Source: Eledone cirrhosa (taxonomy: Eukaryota). Taken from it: a stretch of 64,000 bases of DNA. The DNA is taken from assembly GCA_964016885.1 (NCBI GenBank), contig OZ024742.1:98642001-98706000 (forward strand). Direction: 5' to 3'. The position numbers and the translations under genes were made by a program. Below, piece after piece: positions 39,666-52,699 of this stretch (the first letter of the stretch is position 1; each line of letters starts with the position of its first letter). A model generated the notes under the pieces. It saw nothing but the letters and a program-made list of their open reading frames with translations. It searched no databases and was not told the origin of the DNA.

Positions 39666-42600
39666 CTACAGGCTGATATAGAGAGAAGGCCCATTCACTC
39701 GAGCCATTCTCGCCACTTTCACCCACCTTTCATAAAACTTGCTGGGGTACAGCACATCTCTCTCCAACCTGATTCTTCTTCCAAAGTGGTATTTGAAAAA
39801 AAGAATCAGTTGTTGGCCGGAGAGAAAGGTGTCTGACCTCAGCCCTTTCAACCTTGTCCACCATACAACCTCTTTCGCCATAGCTATCACACAAAGGAAA
39901 ACCGCCTCTCCTTCGTTTTTGAAGGAGGGTGGCGGTTTGATCATGACAATGGACTCGGTGGTCAACTGGATTGGTCCCACCCGCGACAATAGTCGTTCTA
40001 CATAGCCCCACAGGTCAGGGACGCCCGGGCAGTGTATGAATGCGTGCGCGACGGTTTCTTCGTCTCGCACGCACCTCGGACAGATCTTTTTTGCATGGTC
40101 CCTGCCCGGGCGCCCATGTCTGTAGAGCTAGTCTCGAACTGGTAGAGCTCCTCGGTAGCACTGCCAGGCCAGGGACTTTTGGAAGTTGTCCATCGGTCCC
40201 GGGCGGAAGGTCCTACCGAACAGACTGGCCAGTTCATCTTCCTCTACGCCTAGAGTTTCACCGAGCGCGTCGTCTCACTTGCTGCGGACCAACCCTCTAT
40301 AGAATGACGAAGTGGAGTCTCCACTGATCGCCGGGTCCGCCTGCCAGAGGGCTGTGAGCGCCTGAGCACATTCGATGTGCCAGTCGCCCATTTTCCTCGG
40401 TCTCTGCTTGACCCAGGACTGCAGCTCGGTCAGCGAGACGAGTCGTGGGAAGGCTCGCCTCACGAACGGGGCCCACACCGGTTGTCCGGTGAGGAATACG
40501 TAGAGATGCCGCAGCCTGAGCGCGTGTTTGCGCATCGTCAACCACGGCATCCCCAGCCCTCCGTTAGAAGGGTGTTGGCAGCAGATGGATCTTCTCACCA
40601 AAGGAGCCCGCCTCTTCCAAAGGAATCGGAAGAGCGCGCGCTCCATTTTGGCGAGCGTTTTGGCTGCACAAGGCACGACGGTCAAGCGGTAGTAGATGGC
40701 GGACGCTATAAAAGTGTTCGCCACCTCCGCTCGACCTTTCAAGGATAGTTTGCACTCAGCCCACTTCTGGGTGAGTGCAAACACCTTGGCCGTCACTTCG
40801 TTCCAGTTCTTCTCCACCTGGTGGTCCGGAGCAAACCAGACCCCGAGCAGCTTTACCGGTCCTTCCGTCCAGCGTCCGACGACGCCATCGGAAGGCATCG
40901 GTCTGCCTCTCCACGATCCGAGTTGCAAACCGATGGACTTGTCCCGGTTCAGCTTCGTTCCTGTGAGACTTTCGTATTCCTTTAGTAAGGTGCCGACTTC
41001 CTCGATTTGCGAGGCGCTCGACACCATTACTGTCACGTCTTCGGCGTAGGCCGATGCCGCTTTCCGCAGTCCCGGTTCCAGAGGGATGCCCTGCAATAGC
41101 TCCAGCTTCCGCAGTAGTGGCTCGAGAGTCAGTACGTACAGAAGGGAGGAGAGAGGGCATCCCTGTCGAATGGATCGCGTAATATGGAACGGCTCCGAGA
41201 GGTAACCGTTCACCTTGACCCTTGAGCAGATGTTGCTGTTGTGCATTGCAGCAATCCAGTCCCTGAACCCCGGGTCCGAAGCCTGCCGGCTCGAGCACCG
41301 CATCCAGGTAACGATGGTCAACCCTATCGAAAGCCTTAGACTGATCCAAGTTGATCAGGGCCCCACCGAAGCCGAGTTTACACCCTACCCTCTCTATGAT
41401 GTATCGCATGAGGTGGAGGTTGTCATGTATGGACCTGGTCGGGATCGCGCATGTCTGCGCTTCTCCCACCAGGTTCTCGACGACAAGCGCCAGCCTCTTT
41501 GCCAACACCTTGGCCAAAACCTGTAACTCTGTGTTTAGCAGAGTTATGGGCCGGAAGTTGCCTATGTCATCCCCCTTATTCTCGTCCTTCCTGATTAGTG
41601 TAACCACGCCCCCGGTTACAGAACTGGGAATTCTCCCGTTCTGTTGCCAGTTGCAGTAGAACGCTTCCAGGAAACCGGAGAATAAGTCCGGCATTGCTAC
41701 GTAAAATTCGTAGGGTAGACCGTCGAGACCTGGAGATTTGCGTTTGCCGCATTGGCTCAGCGCGTCCCCTATCTCAGTGGCTGAAATCGGCTTTTCGCAG
41801 GACTTCGTCTCGCTGTCCGAGAGTCGTGGTAGGCCGTCGAGGTATTGACCGAAATCCATAGCCTCTCCCGGCGCGCCGCTCCCCCCGAACAGCCGAGCAA
41901 AGTGCCGCTGAAAAGACGCACACATCTGCTTCGGCTCACGTATCACGCGTCCGTTTTGGTCCTTCAAAGACCGAATCGTGGACTTGTTGCCACTTTTTGC
42001 CTCCGTCACTCGGGCCCAGCTAACAGCTTTGGCTCTCTCGTTTCCCAGAGCACGTATTTTGCTTCTGACAACGCAGCCCTCGTGCTTTACGTCGAAGAAC
42101 TGGTCCAAGGCCGTTCTCGTTGCTAGCACGCTGGCTACGTTGCCACTTCTAATTGCCTCTTCTACTTTATCTACCAGTTCCTTCTCGGTTCTATTTCTAT
42201 CTAACGCTAATTCTTTACTAAAAACTATCGAGTCTAATCTAACTGCCCTCTTGAGAGAGTACCACCATCTGTTGTTGACAATGGCCCCTGTCAAGTGCTG
42301 TTTAACTAAAGTGCTAATCCGTCTACTGTAGGCTTTGCTTGTCGGTAACGACAAGTTCAGCTTCCAGTAGCCGGGTCCTTGTCTATGGGTTCTATCAAGG
42401 TTGGCCATGCAGGTCACTAGTTTGTGATCTGAATAGGCAACCAGGAACATTTGTGGACAGCTTAACATGTCCCTATCCTTATTTCTAACTAGAACCCTAT
42501 CTAGGTACGATCTAGATGTTCCGCTACGATTACTCCACGTCCACAGTGGCGCAGTCGGAAAATCTAGTCGATATCTATCGGCCAGGTCAAATCGGTCGAT

Positions 42601-43104
42601 TAACTGTTTGAGGCTGTTACACCCCCCTTTATCGGGACATGCTCCCACATAGTCCCAACGTGCATCTAGGATACCATTCCAGTCCCCCACTAAAAGCAAG
42701 GAGCGGGACGTTCCCAGAAAAGTCTCTAGACGTTTGAAGAAGTCTGGCCGCGGTGTCCCGGATGGGGCATATGCGGCCACCAGCCTGAACGCTCCACCTT
42801 CACTACCGTCAACGTCTAGGACCACCAGTCGACCCTCCGGGTCCAGATGTACCGTCTGTGTTACGAGGCCCAGGTGTTTCCACAGCAAAACGGCAACTCC
42901 GCCCCCGCCCCCCGGTTGACAGAGAGATGCGTAGATCTCAAAGTCATCGAAGATGGGGGCCAGCTATCGCTCGCCGTGGAACCTGGACTCGTAAATGGCT
43001 ACCACATCCAAACTGTGCGACCTGAGGTCGTTTAAGAGTTTGCCCTGTTTCCAAGGCATCCCCAGGCCGAGTACGTTCACACATCCAACTCTTATATTGG
43101 CCAT
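39666..43104 (-). pseudogene. ORF2 (AP endonuclease, reverse transcriptase, C-terminal CCHC), disrupted
   Basis: Starts MANIRVGCVNV; motifs VGDWN, YLDRV, SDHK, KSPGLDG, FRPITLLN, DQSKAFDRVDH, QGCPLS, AYAEDV, CPRC..ETVAHAFIHC. In-frame stop at 42964-42966, frameshift near 41270, further break near 40275. Confidence 0.93.
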
Positions 43105-43495
43105 GTTGGTGCTGAAAAGTTAAAAGAGGAAAATAGATCACTCACCCTTCGCCTCCTGGGGACCAGGCCGCACAATTTCCATGGGGGTGTTGGAGGGGTT
43201 GTCTGGATGGGTGGTGGTTTCCGGCGGGGTGGGGATGCAGATGTTTGGTGGGGTGGGGTCTGGTGGGATGGGGGTGTCTGGGGTGGGGAGGCATTTGAGA
43301 AGGACGCGGTTGAGTGGTTTCACGCAGGAATTCCCCACGTCCTTCTCAAATGTTTCTTTTAGTGACCTATAAGTTTGTATAGGGACCCTAATCAGTTTTA
43401 GGTTCAGTTTTTTGCTATTTTTTATAGTGGGCGAAAGATTTCCCTTCGGTGAAAACCGAAGGGTCGTTCGTGATGGTCTCCATTAGTGTTTTGTT

Positions 43496-45052
43496 TTAAG
43501 TGTTTATGTAAGTGTAAGTGTAATTTTCTTGTGTTGTGTTTGTTTTTGTCTGTAGTTCTTGTGTGTGCTTTCGTTTTGTTGTAGGTATTTTGTTTTCAGG
43601 AGGTGGGGGTTTTGTTTGTGATATTTTTGTTGTTTGTGTTGGTGGTTGTATGTTTGTGGTAGTGTTTGCTGTTTTTTTGCTTTTGTGATGTCTTTTCTTT
43701 CTTTTCGAGCGATGGGGTTCTCCCTCGTCTTCACTGGGTGATGGCGAGATAGCCTCATCTGTTGTATCGTCTGTGTGATTGGGGAGGGGTATGTCTTGGG
43801 GAGCTGTTGTGTCTGTATGTGATTTTGCAGTGGTTTTAGGTGGAGTGGGGTTGGGTGGGACTGTGTTTGTTGTGGTTATTTTTGTGTGTTGGTGTTGTTG
43901 TTGTTGTGGTGGTGTTGGTGGTTGTGTTGTTTTGATGGGTGTCGGCAGAAGAGCCTTTTTTTGGTTCATTAGTTTAGGACAGGAAGCCCTCAGGTGACCC
44001 CTGCTAAAGCAATGGTAACATGAAGGCCGCCTACCCTCAACCGAAAGGTTTATGTAGGTGAGTCCGTCCAGGAGTACACGCTGTGGGATCATAGCTATTC
44101 GCTCTGGGCTCATTTGCACCAGAACTTCAATGCTAGTCCCATTGAATACATCTCTGGGGGACTTTCCTACTGACAGTATTCTGTCTTCATCAAAATTGAT
44201 GAAGCCGCACAGTATCCACCATATGTTTACCTTTGGTGTGACACTTGTGATTCTGATCTTTTGTGTCCTTTTTCCCATGTATGTAGGGAAAAAGGTGTAC
44301 AGGTTGGATACAATTGGCGACACAGAGTAATTTTGGGCCGTCAATTGATCCTTCATGAGTACCGAAATACTCCCAAAAAGTTTGCTTCTTTGAATGAATG
44401 CAATATCATTCATTGAATCTTTGAAAACCAGTTCAATATCTTTCTGTGACAATTGGACTGGTTTTCGGGTAGAATTGGAAACTGTCCTAAAAACTATCGT
44501 TTTGAGAGCAGTTTCCTTGCGAATTTCTACCGGAGAATTGATGCTGAAAGCACCATTTTTTTCGAAGGTGACATATCTCTTAGCGTCCTTTAAAAGGTGT
44601 TCAGCATTTGTTATGTCGAGATATATCAATTGTTCTTTCTTTTGAACTTTCTCCGCAAAGGAGATATTTGGTTTCTTTGTGGAATCCGTATTGGTGGTGT
44701 TGTCATTATTGTTGTTATTGTTGTTGTTATTCTTGTTGTCACCGATGTTGGTATCATCCGTATTTTCCTTGGTGTTGTTGTTGTCTTTGATGCTGGTGTT
44801 ATTGGCGTTGTCTTTATTTTTTTCTTTGTTGTTGTTATCATTGTTGCTTTTATCATCATTATTGGTTTTGCTGTTATTTTTGTTGTCATTGAGCTGTTTG
44901 GTGTCATTTGTGTTGTTTGGATGTGAATTCGTTTTTTTATTTTCATTTTGTCTTTCCATCTCTATAGTATCTAGTGAAGAAGACGTTGTTGACTGCGAGC
45001 TTTGTAGTCTTACCGCCTCTCCACCACCATTATCGTTGGACGCAGCGTTCAT
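43496..45052 (-). CDS. LINE ORF1 (gag-like RNA-binding protein with zinc knuckle); probably continued to about 43138 before a frameshift
   Basis: 518-aa ORF with an Asn-rich N-terminus, central globular region, CYHCFSRGHLRASC (CX2CX4HX4C), Pro/Thr-rich tail and a basic RSKRKKRHHKSKK patch. Confidence 0.88.
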   Translation of the reverse strand: MNAASNDNGGGEAVRLQSSQSTTSSSLDTIEMERQNENKKTNSHPNNTNDTKQLNDNKNNSKTNNDDKSNNDNNNKEKNKDNANNTSIKDNNNTKENTDDTNIGDNKNNNNNNNNNDNTTNTDSTKKPNISFAEKVQKKEQLIYLDITNAEHLLKDAKRYVTFEKNGAFSINSPVEIRKETALKTIVFRTVSNSTRKPVQLSQKDIELVFKDSMNDIAFIQRSKLFGSISVLMKDQLTAQNYSVSPIVSNLYTFFPTYMGKRTQKIRITSVTPKVNIWWILCGFINFDEDRILSVGKSPRDVFNGTSIEVLVQMSPERIAMIPQRVLLDGLTYINLSVEGRRPSCYHCFSRGHLRASCPKLMNQKKALLPTPIKTTQPPTPPQQQQHQHTKITTTNTVPPNPTPPKTTAKSHTDTTAPQDIPLPNHTDDTTDEAISPSPSEDEGEPHRSKRKKRHHKSKKTANTTTNIQPPTQTTKISQTKPPPPENKIPTTKRKHTQELQTKTNTTQENYTYTYINT

Positions 45053-45276
45053 AACGTAATCAAAATTTTACAATATTTTTTCCAAGATTCGATGAAGAAA
45101 AAATTTTTAACTGGATATTCCGCCCCTGAAGGGGCGAAAATGAGTTGACCCACCAGCTGAAGGTCCAGACGGGTGGTCAAGTTACACAATGATATAAAAT
45201 TGAACTAAAAACTCACGTTTTTTTCTTACATAAATTAACGGAAACTTCTCCGCAAAGTGACACACGACTGATAGAG

Positions 45277-45329
<53 letters not shown>

Positions 45330-45330
<1 letters not shown>

Positions 45331-46069
45331 CTTTCTTTTTATTTGCCACCAGGGCATCAAAAGTGGGACAAGTACAAAGGGGGGATTTTACATGCAAAGG
45401 CGTCCTCAATATGGAGGAGGCAATAACAAGATATAAAAGTATAAAAATAAAATAAAATATAACAAAATAAATTTTGTAACAAAATCCTCAATAGGGAGGA
45501 GGCGCCTTGGGGGGTCGCACACAGCCCCGAAAAAAAGTGTGCAACCCTTCTCCTCAGGAGCACAGAGAGGGAGTGCTCCCTTGGTCTTTCATCTTCCTCA
45601 CCTATAGTCTGATGTAGAGTGAAGGCCCATTCACACGTCCCATTCTCGCCACTTTCACCCATCTTTCATAAAAACGGCTGGGGTGAAGCACCGCTCTCTC
45701 CATCCTGATCCTTCTTCCGAAATGATATCGGAAGAAACGGACCAGTTGTTGGTGAGAGAGAAAGATGTCTGACCTCAGTCCTTTCAGACGCTTCCACCAT
45801 ACAACTTCTTTCGTCATCTTCCGCGTTGGAGGGGAGGGGTATATTTTCGGGTTGTGTTTGCGGTGCGGGTGTTTTGGGAATTGTTTTTTTTTAGTGGAGA
45901 GGATGGGTTGGACATTGTTTTGTTTTGGTTTGAGCTGTGGTTGTTGTTTTTGTAGTGGTGGTTGTGCTGGTTGTGCTGGTTGTGCTGGTTGTGCAGTTGT
46001 TGGTGGTGTAGGCAGGATTGGGGTTTTCTTATTAAGTTGGGGACAGACAGCCCTCAGGTGACCTCTGGT
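45330..46069 (-). mobile_element. Internally deleted Tx1-like copy C (ORF1 piece joined to the ORF2 end)
   Basis: RGHLRAVCPQL...ILPTPPTT fragment (45820-46069) is fused to MTKEVVWWKRL...NGPSLYIRL-stop and the 3' UTR; GATA repeats on both sides. Confidence 0.88.
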
Positions 46070-46086
46070 TCTAGATAGATAGATAA

Positions 46087-46138
<52 letters not shown>

Positions 46139-46139
46139 A

Positions 46140-46520
46140 TGGTGATGTTGATGATGGTGGTGGTGATATGACGATGGTGGTGATGAGAATGTTAACGATG
46201 GTAATTATGATTATTATGTTGGTCCTGTGTGTGATGATGACAATGATGATGATGATGATGACGATAACGATGATGATGATGATGATGATGATGATGGTGA
46301 CGATGACGATGACGATGACGATGATGATGACGATAATGATAATGATGACGATGATGACAATGATGATGATGATGATGGCAACGACGGCGATGACGATGAT
46401 GACGACGATGATGATGACGACGATGATGACGATGATGATAATGATGATGATGACGACAAAGATGATGACGATGATGATGATGATGATGATGATGGCGGTG
46501 GCGGTAATTATAATGATCAT
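46140..46520. repeat. (GAT/GAC)n simple repeat
   Basis: Direct inspection. Confidence 0.9.
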
Positions 46521-46994
46521 TATCGCGAAAAATAGAAGGAAGATTACAATGCTAACTATGTGGTTAATGATGGTCATGAGGTTGAGAGCGATGATGGTGC
46601 TGTTCGTGTTGGAGGGAGCGGGGAGATAATGGCAAGTTTGATGAAGATGGTGTGATCCTTAGGCACATGTGAAGACCATCAGAATGTCAAAAAGAGGGAG
46701 AGGGGGAGACATAAATAGACAGATAGAAAGAAAGAGAGAAAGGACGAGAGTTGATATTAAGAGAATCAACTAATGAGCTAATTCATATGTGTAGAGTTGA
46801 TATGTTTGATGACACACTGTAGTGGAAGATCAATGACTCCAACACGCACACATATGCACCTATATACATATACATATGTACATTTTTAAATGTGTCTGTG
46901 TGCGTGTATTTTTAAGTTCTCTCTCACCCTCTCTCCCTATTTCTCTCTCTCTCTCTCTATATATATATATACGCATGCATCAATACACACATAA

Positions 46995-47028
46995 GATAGA
47001 TAGATAGATAGATAGATAAATAGATAGG

Positions 47029-47095
<67 letters not shown>

Positions 47096-47096
47096 G

Positions 47097-47164
<68 letters not shown>

Positions 47165-47174
47165 AAGATAGATA
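46995..47174. repeat. (GATA)n microsatellite without insertion
   Basis: Direct inspection. Confidence 0.95.
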
Positions 47175-47964
47175 AACATTAAAATTAGATTACTAGGAAG
47201 ATTAAAATATATTGGATTATTACAAAATTTAGACACGAAAGAGGAAGAAAGTTTAAAGTAGATTTCTGTTTCAATTGACGGAGGAAAGCTAACAATGAGA
47301 GGAATATGCAATTGTAAAATGGTTCCCAAGCAAACCAAATAGATTCACTTATTAATTTGGTAGAACATGATATCAAATCTCTCTTAAGTCGTAATCAATT
47401 GTCTTGAAATATTATAGACAAAATAATGGACAAAATAATGCTTAAAATAGAAACCAGGCGAGGAGTTTCTTGGATGGAATGCATTTTATTATAGTTCTTC
47501 TCGTTCTGATCTGAATTGAGGCCAAACAACACAAACAACTCTATTATTATATAGATAGTTCGTTAATTGGAAGATGTTATGTTTCATTAACATTGTGACG
47601 ATAATGTCTGATACATAGCTTCACGTGCTAGCTTTGGTTTAATTAAACCTCTACCTCTTGAGAATGCAGCATGGTCTCATGATTAAGAAATTCAATCAAG
47701 CTACGTAACATATTGGGAAAATAAAATTTACCATAGACTCGGATTTTTCCAAACCTTGTCTGTAAAATTGTGTCGACGGAAACAGTTTGAAAGTCTATGC
47801 GTTGTAATCTTTCATTAAGTCAACAGGCCAGTCTTATTATACTTTGTGTTATGCTGAATCCTCCTCAGAAATCATAATATAATAAAGGGAGGAATGCGGG
47901 ACTATGTCCTGAATATATTTGTTTATCCCGTTAATAAAATAAGTTGGATTACTTTGAATATATA

Positions 47965-48267
47965 ATTGTTTCAAATTTTGGCACTAGGACAGCAATTACT
48001 CAGTACACTACTGGTACTTTATTTTATCGACCCCGTAAGGATGAAAGGCAAAGTTAACCTCGGCGGGATTTGAACTCAATCCGTAAAGGGATCTAACTGT
48101 GCTGCAAAGCATGGCGTCGCCCCTCTACCGATACTGCCAATCCACTTTGAATAAATAATTGTTTCTACTTTTGGCACAAGGCCAGCAATTATCTAATGCA
48201 TTACTGGTACGTTATTCTATCGCCCCCGGAAGGATGAAAGGCAAAGTTAACCTCGGCGGGATTTGAA
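47965..48267 (-). mobile_element. Two tandem Nin-like SINE copies, one full and one 5'-truncated
   Basis: TTTTATCGACCCCGTAAGGATGAAAGGCAAAGTTAACCTCGGCGGGATTTGAA-like core occurs twice. Confidence 0.85.
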
Positions 48268-49554
48268 TAATGAATGAATATTACATAATTTATGTACTAA
48301 ATTTCGTAGCTGTTCATTAAATATGAATATTCTTATTGTTAATGATTTCTTACTTTAAGATTCACTTCTTTTAAATGATTTCACATGTCAATACTTCCGG
48401 TTATGATATAACATACGCTATATCATATCGCTTATATAAACATTCATATATTTGCATCGTTATATCATAGCGTTTTTCTTTCCGTCACTAATTTTCTCCT
48501 CTTTCATTTCAACGTAATGTAGTTTATATATAATATCGTCTTTTTAAAATGTATCATGGATTAGTTTACTGATTACAGAAGACAGTGTACCACAGTCTCT
48601 CTTCTATTTATGTACATATTGTCAATTACGATTTCATTTGAGGTATGATATCTACATGCATATATTTTTGCGTATAATATCAATATGCACACTACACACA
48701 AACTAGCCGAAAACCACCCAAAGGGTGGCTTTTATGTTAGTTCCGTTAATGTTGCATGTGCCTATGGAATACTCAAGCTCTTGCACGTTATTTCATCAAC
48801 ATTTTATTCCGTTGATCGAACAAATGGAAAAGCCATCGTCGAAAACATTGAAGGTCCATATTCCACTCTATTCAGTCATTTTCGTTCTATTGATAAAGGA
48901 GTTAAACTATTCAATCACCAATCTTGAAGATGTGTGATTGGTGTATCTGGTTGTCATGTTGAGCTGGTTCAAATTAACCACAGAGAATACTTCTTCTTGA
49001 CTTGAGGAGCAAATGTGGAGACGTCTATATTGTTACACGAAAAATGTGAAAAATAGCAGCCACATTTCCACCCAACAAAATTAGTCTTTTAAAGAGTGAT
49101 GAAACATTGGATGATGTCATAGATATTTTTTCTGAAACGAAAGTTGGTTATCAATGCCTGAACACAGCGGTAACCAACCACATGTTTCGGAAACGGCCTT
49201 CAATTATATGACAGCAAATTAAGATTTAAAATTATTTAGCTGTTATTTCTAGCATTTGTATCATCTATCATTTTCATTATGGATTTGTAAGTGAGAGAGT
49301 ATTGTCTGAATGTAGGGTGGGTTGGTGCTGTCGTAGTTTGAATTATGTATCTACAACGGACAGACATAAAAACAACCATTTCTTATAAATATGACTCCAT
49401 TACCCATTACAACACCGTTGATAATGATGATTATAGTGCTGATGATGAAGCGATGGAAGGAAGTGGTGATGATGATGTTGGGATAATAATGGTGATGTTG
49501 TTGATGATGATGTTGGGATAACCGCCATATTTCTTCTTCTTCTTCTTCTTCTTC

Positions 49555-49626
<72 letters not shown>

Positions 49627-49694
49627 TTATTCAAGATGACGACAGAAATACATAATGATTACAAAGAGGAATAGTGAACAATAGAGATTTTACC

Positions 49695-49790
<96 letters not shown>

Positions 49791-50815
49791 AGTAGTGACA
49801 GCTTTATTTTCTGCTGCTTTGATTATTGTTGGCTGGCGTTTTCTTATTGTTGTCGTTATACTTATTGTTAATATTCATATTCTCAGTAGGTCTAATAATA
49901 ATGTCAGTGGCGATGGTGATGGGGATGGTTGTTGTAGTGGTGATTGTAAAGATGATGGTGGTGGTGATGACTGTTGTTGTTGTTGTTGAGGTGGTGGCAT
50001 TGTTGGTGCTTTTCGTAGCTGCATTGTTAGTTGTAGTGGTATTGATGGTGTTGATGGTGTTGGTGGTGTTGGTTGTATTTGTAGTGGTAATGGTATTGAT
50101 AGTACCTGTGGTCATTGTGGTGGTGGTAGCTGTTGTAATGGGGATTGTGGTGGTCATGGTGGTGATGGTGGCTGATGTGTCTGAGCTGGCTGTTGTGGTA
50201 TTGGCGTTGGGGATTGCGACGTAATAGTTATTGTGATGGTGGCGGACGCACCAGATATGTTGGCGGTGGATTTTCGAAGTCTTTAAATGGCCTAATATAA
50301 AGATTATATCGGATGGAGGTTTTATTCGACTCATTTAGACTGATACATCGATGTGTCTATAATAAGTACTTATTGCATTAGCAGATTCCATCGAAGCATT
50401 GTCATCAACGAAGGAAATCAGAATGCCTCTTCTGTAGACGTTAATGATAATTGAACGTCATGAAAAGGAACTATCAATACAAGAAATTCCTCAGAATGCA
50501 TTAGGGAGTTTTTCAATATAGCTGTGTGCTGTGTATTCTATAGATGTATCAATAAGTGTACGTATGCATGTATGCATGTATGCGTTCCATACAGAGGTAT
50601 ATATATATATATATATATATATGGTAGACAGTGAGAAAGACTGAGAACAAGTGATGGAGAGAGCGATAATGTGTGCGTAGAAGTGTGTCTACATTTTTAA
50701 GTGTCTTTTGAATTTGTATACGTGATATTTTGCGCATATATAGACACACATGTATGTGCACACGAATAAATATATATATAATATTTATATATTTATATAT
50801 GTATATATATAGATA

Positions 50816-50882
<67 letters not shown>

Positions 50883-50984
50883 TATATGCCTATATGTATA
50901 CACAAATATAATGTATATTCACACTCCTCATTGTCAGATCTATATAAGTATGCATAGAAAAATACTAATATATGTACATATTTA

Positions 50985-51084
<100 letters not shown>

Positions 51085-51102
51085 GTGTGTGTGTGAGTGT
51101 GA

Positions 51103-51139
<37 letters not shown>

Positions 51140-52042
51140 CACGCTAAACTCATACGTCCTGTCTTTCCATAAAATAACACTCGGTGTAGTCATACTTCTT
51201 TATGAATTTTTTATGTATTTTTTATTTTTTATTCCTTTGTTGCAATTATTGTTGTTGTATTTTCCTCTAAGTATTTGTATTTCTTACCGAATCATGTTGC
51301 CTATTCTTTTAGTAGACATCTTCACACAAATACAACTTTGCAAAGAAGAACGTTTTTTCTCCAATACTACCATTCAGCTTTATTTAAAAGCTATTTTGTG
51401 AAGTTCCCAACTCAATTAATAAGTTTCTAGTTTGCTAAACACTTAGGACACGTATAAACATAAAATCCTTTTATACACTACACACATAGGTAATCAACGT
51501 TCATACATGTTCTTTCAGAAATACATAGAAGATGAATTTGGATTATGAAGGAAACAGCTACTGCTTTCGATATCTTGTTGAAAAACATCGAGAGATAGGC
51601 CATACAGAATTGGAAAGGTATAAAATATTGTATATTAAACATAGCTATATATCTTTATGCAATTGTAGATAAAATTATAAATCTAAATATTACATCAGTA
51701 TTCTTCAACAAATGTCACAATTCTGTTAAATAACGATGGATGACCCGTCCATTTCGACGTGGGACCATTCAATTGTTCGTTCAACTGGACTCACGACTCA
51801 TGAGCTAATGTGTAAAGGCTTGCGTATTCGCTATTATTCGAAGATATTTTCATAATATAGCTGCATGATGATCACGATGTTTCAGTAAAACATTTCCTCA
51901 CTATATTCATCTGAGAACATGTATTGAAGGTGGCATTGTAGATGGTCTATATATAGAAAAGATGAATATAAAATGAAAGTGCTTTTATAAAGGAATGTAT
52001 TAGGTATCGACATATGTTTCTGTAACAGACGGAATACCTATA

Positions 52043-52122
52043 TATCGCTGCTTGCGTAATCATATAATATTAGCAAGTATTCGATAGCAAATGTATAATC
52101 AGTTGTCACTTCTTCAGAGATA
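52043..52122 (-). ncRNA. Degenerate hammerhead downstream of the second PLE
   Basis: Minus strand TATCT-CTGAAGA...GAATA-CTTGC...GCAAG-CA-GCGATA. Confidence 0.45.
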
Positions 52123-52699
52123 TTGGATACATTGGAAAAAATCAGAAAAATCAAAGAATTTATGTTAGTTGTAAGAAAGGAAGAAGAGAAGGGATAGTAT
52201 ATGACAGATGGCAATTCAATTTGCTGGTAAACAAGTATATAGAAAGTTTTTAATGAGAATACAATGAATATATGGCTTATTTTATCTAAATAAGAATTTT
52301 TGGGAGTGTCTATTTTAATCTATATTTGACCAATTGAACAATGGACAGGGCTGGTCGTTTGGTGTAGTAGTATTAATACAGATATAAAGTGTCCAGTAAG
52401 AAAGAGAGAGATTTTCACTGCTACTGTATAACAACAATGCTGGTAGCCTGCTGGTATATGCATTAGGGAATTGAATTAAGAAATCTCATTTTATCTATAG
52501 CAGTTTATATTAAATGGTAAATAATAGAAGAGTTGATAGAATTAAGACTAATAGAGAATATTAATATGTATTTTGACAATCAAACGGAGATGGAGACAGG
52601 CGTTCAATACTGGTAGCGTTTGTAATATGAAAATGTAGATTTCAAGCGATGGTTACAGTATAACGATCGCTCTATTCTGTTATTTAATAAAATATTTTT

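Larger units (their letters stand above)
39427..45269 (-). mobile_element. Near full-length Tx1/L1-clade non-LTR retrotransposon, copy B
   Basis: 5' UTR, ORF1, ORF2 (APE-RT-CCHC) and 3' UTR with AATAAA; (GATA)n on both sides. Confidence 0.95.

Noticed and set aside
47185-47420. Possible LTR-retrotransposon protease fragment
   Set aside because: Only vague similarity, with stops, no catalytic DTG motif and no LTRs.
48685-48937. 80-aa and 70-aa ORFs in unique sequence
   Set aside because: No recognisable domain or convincing splice sites.
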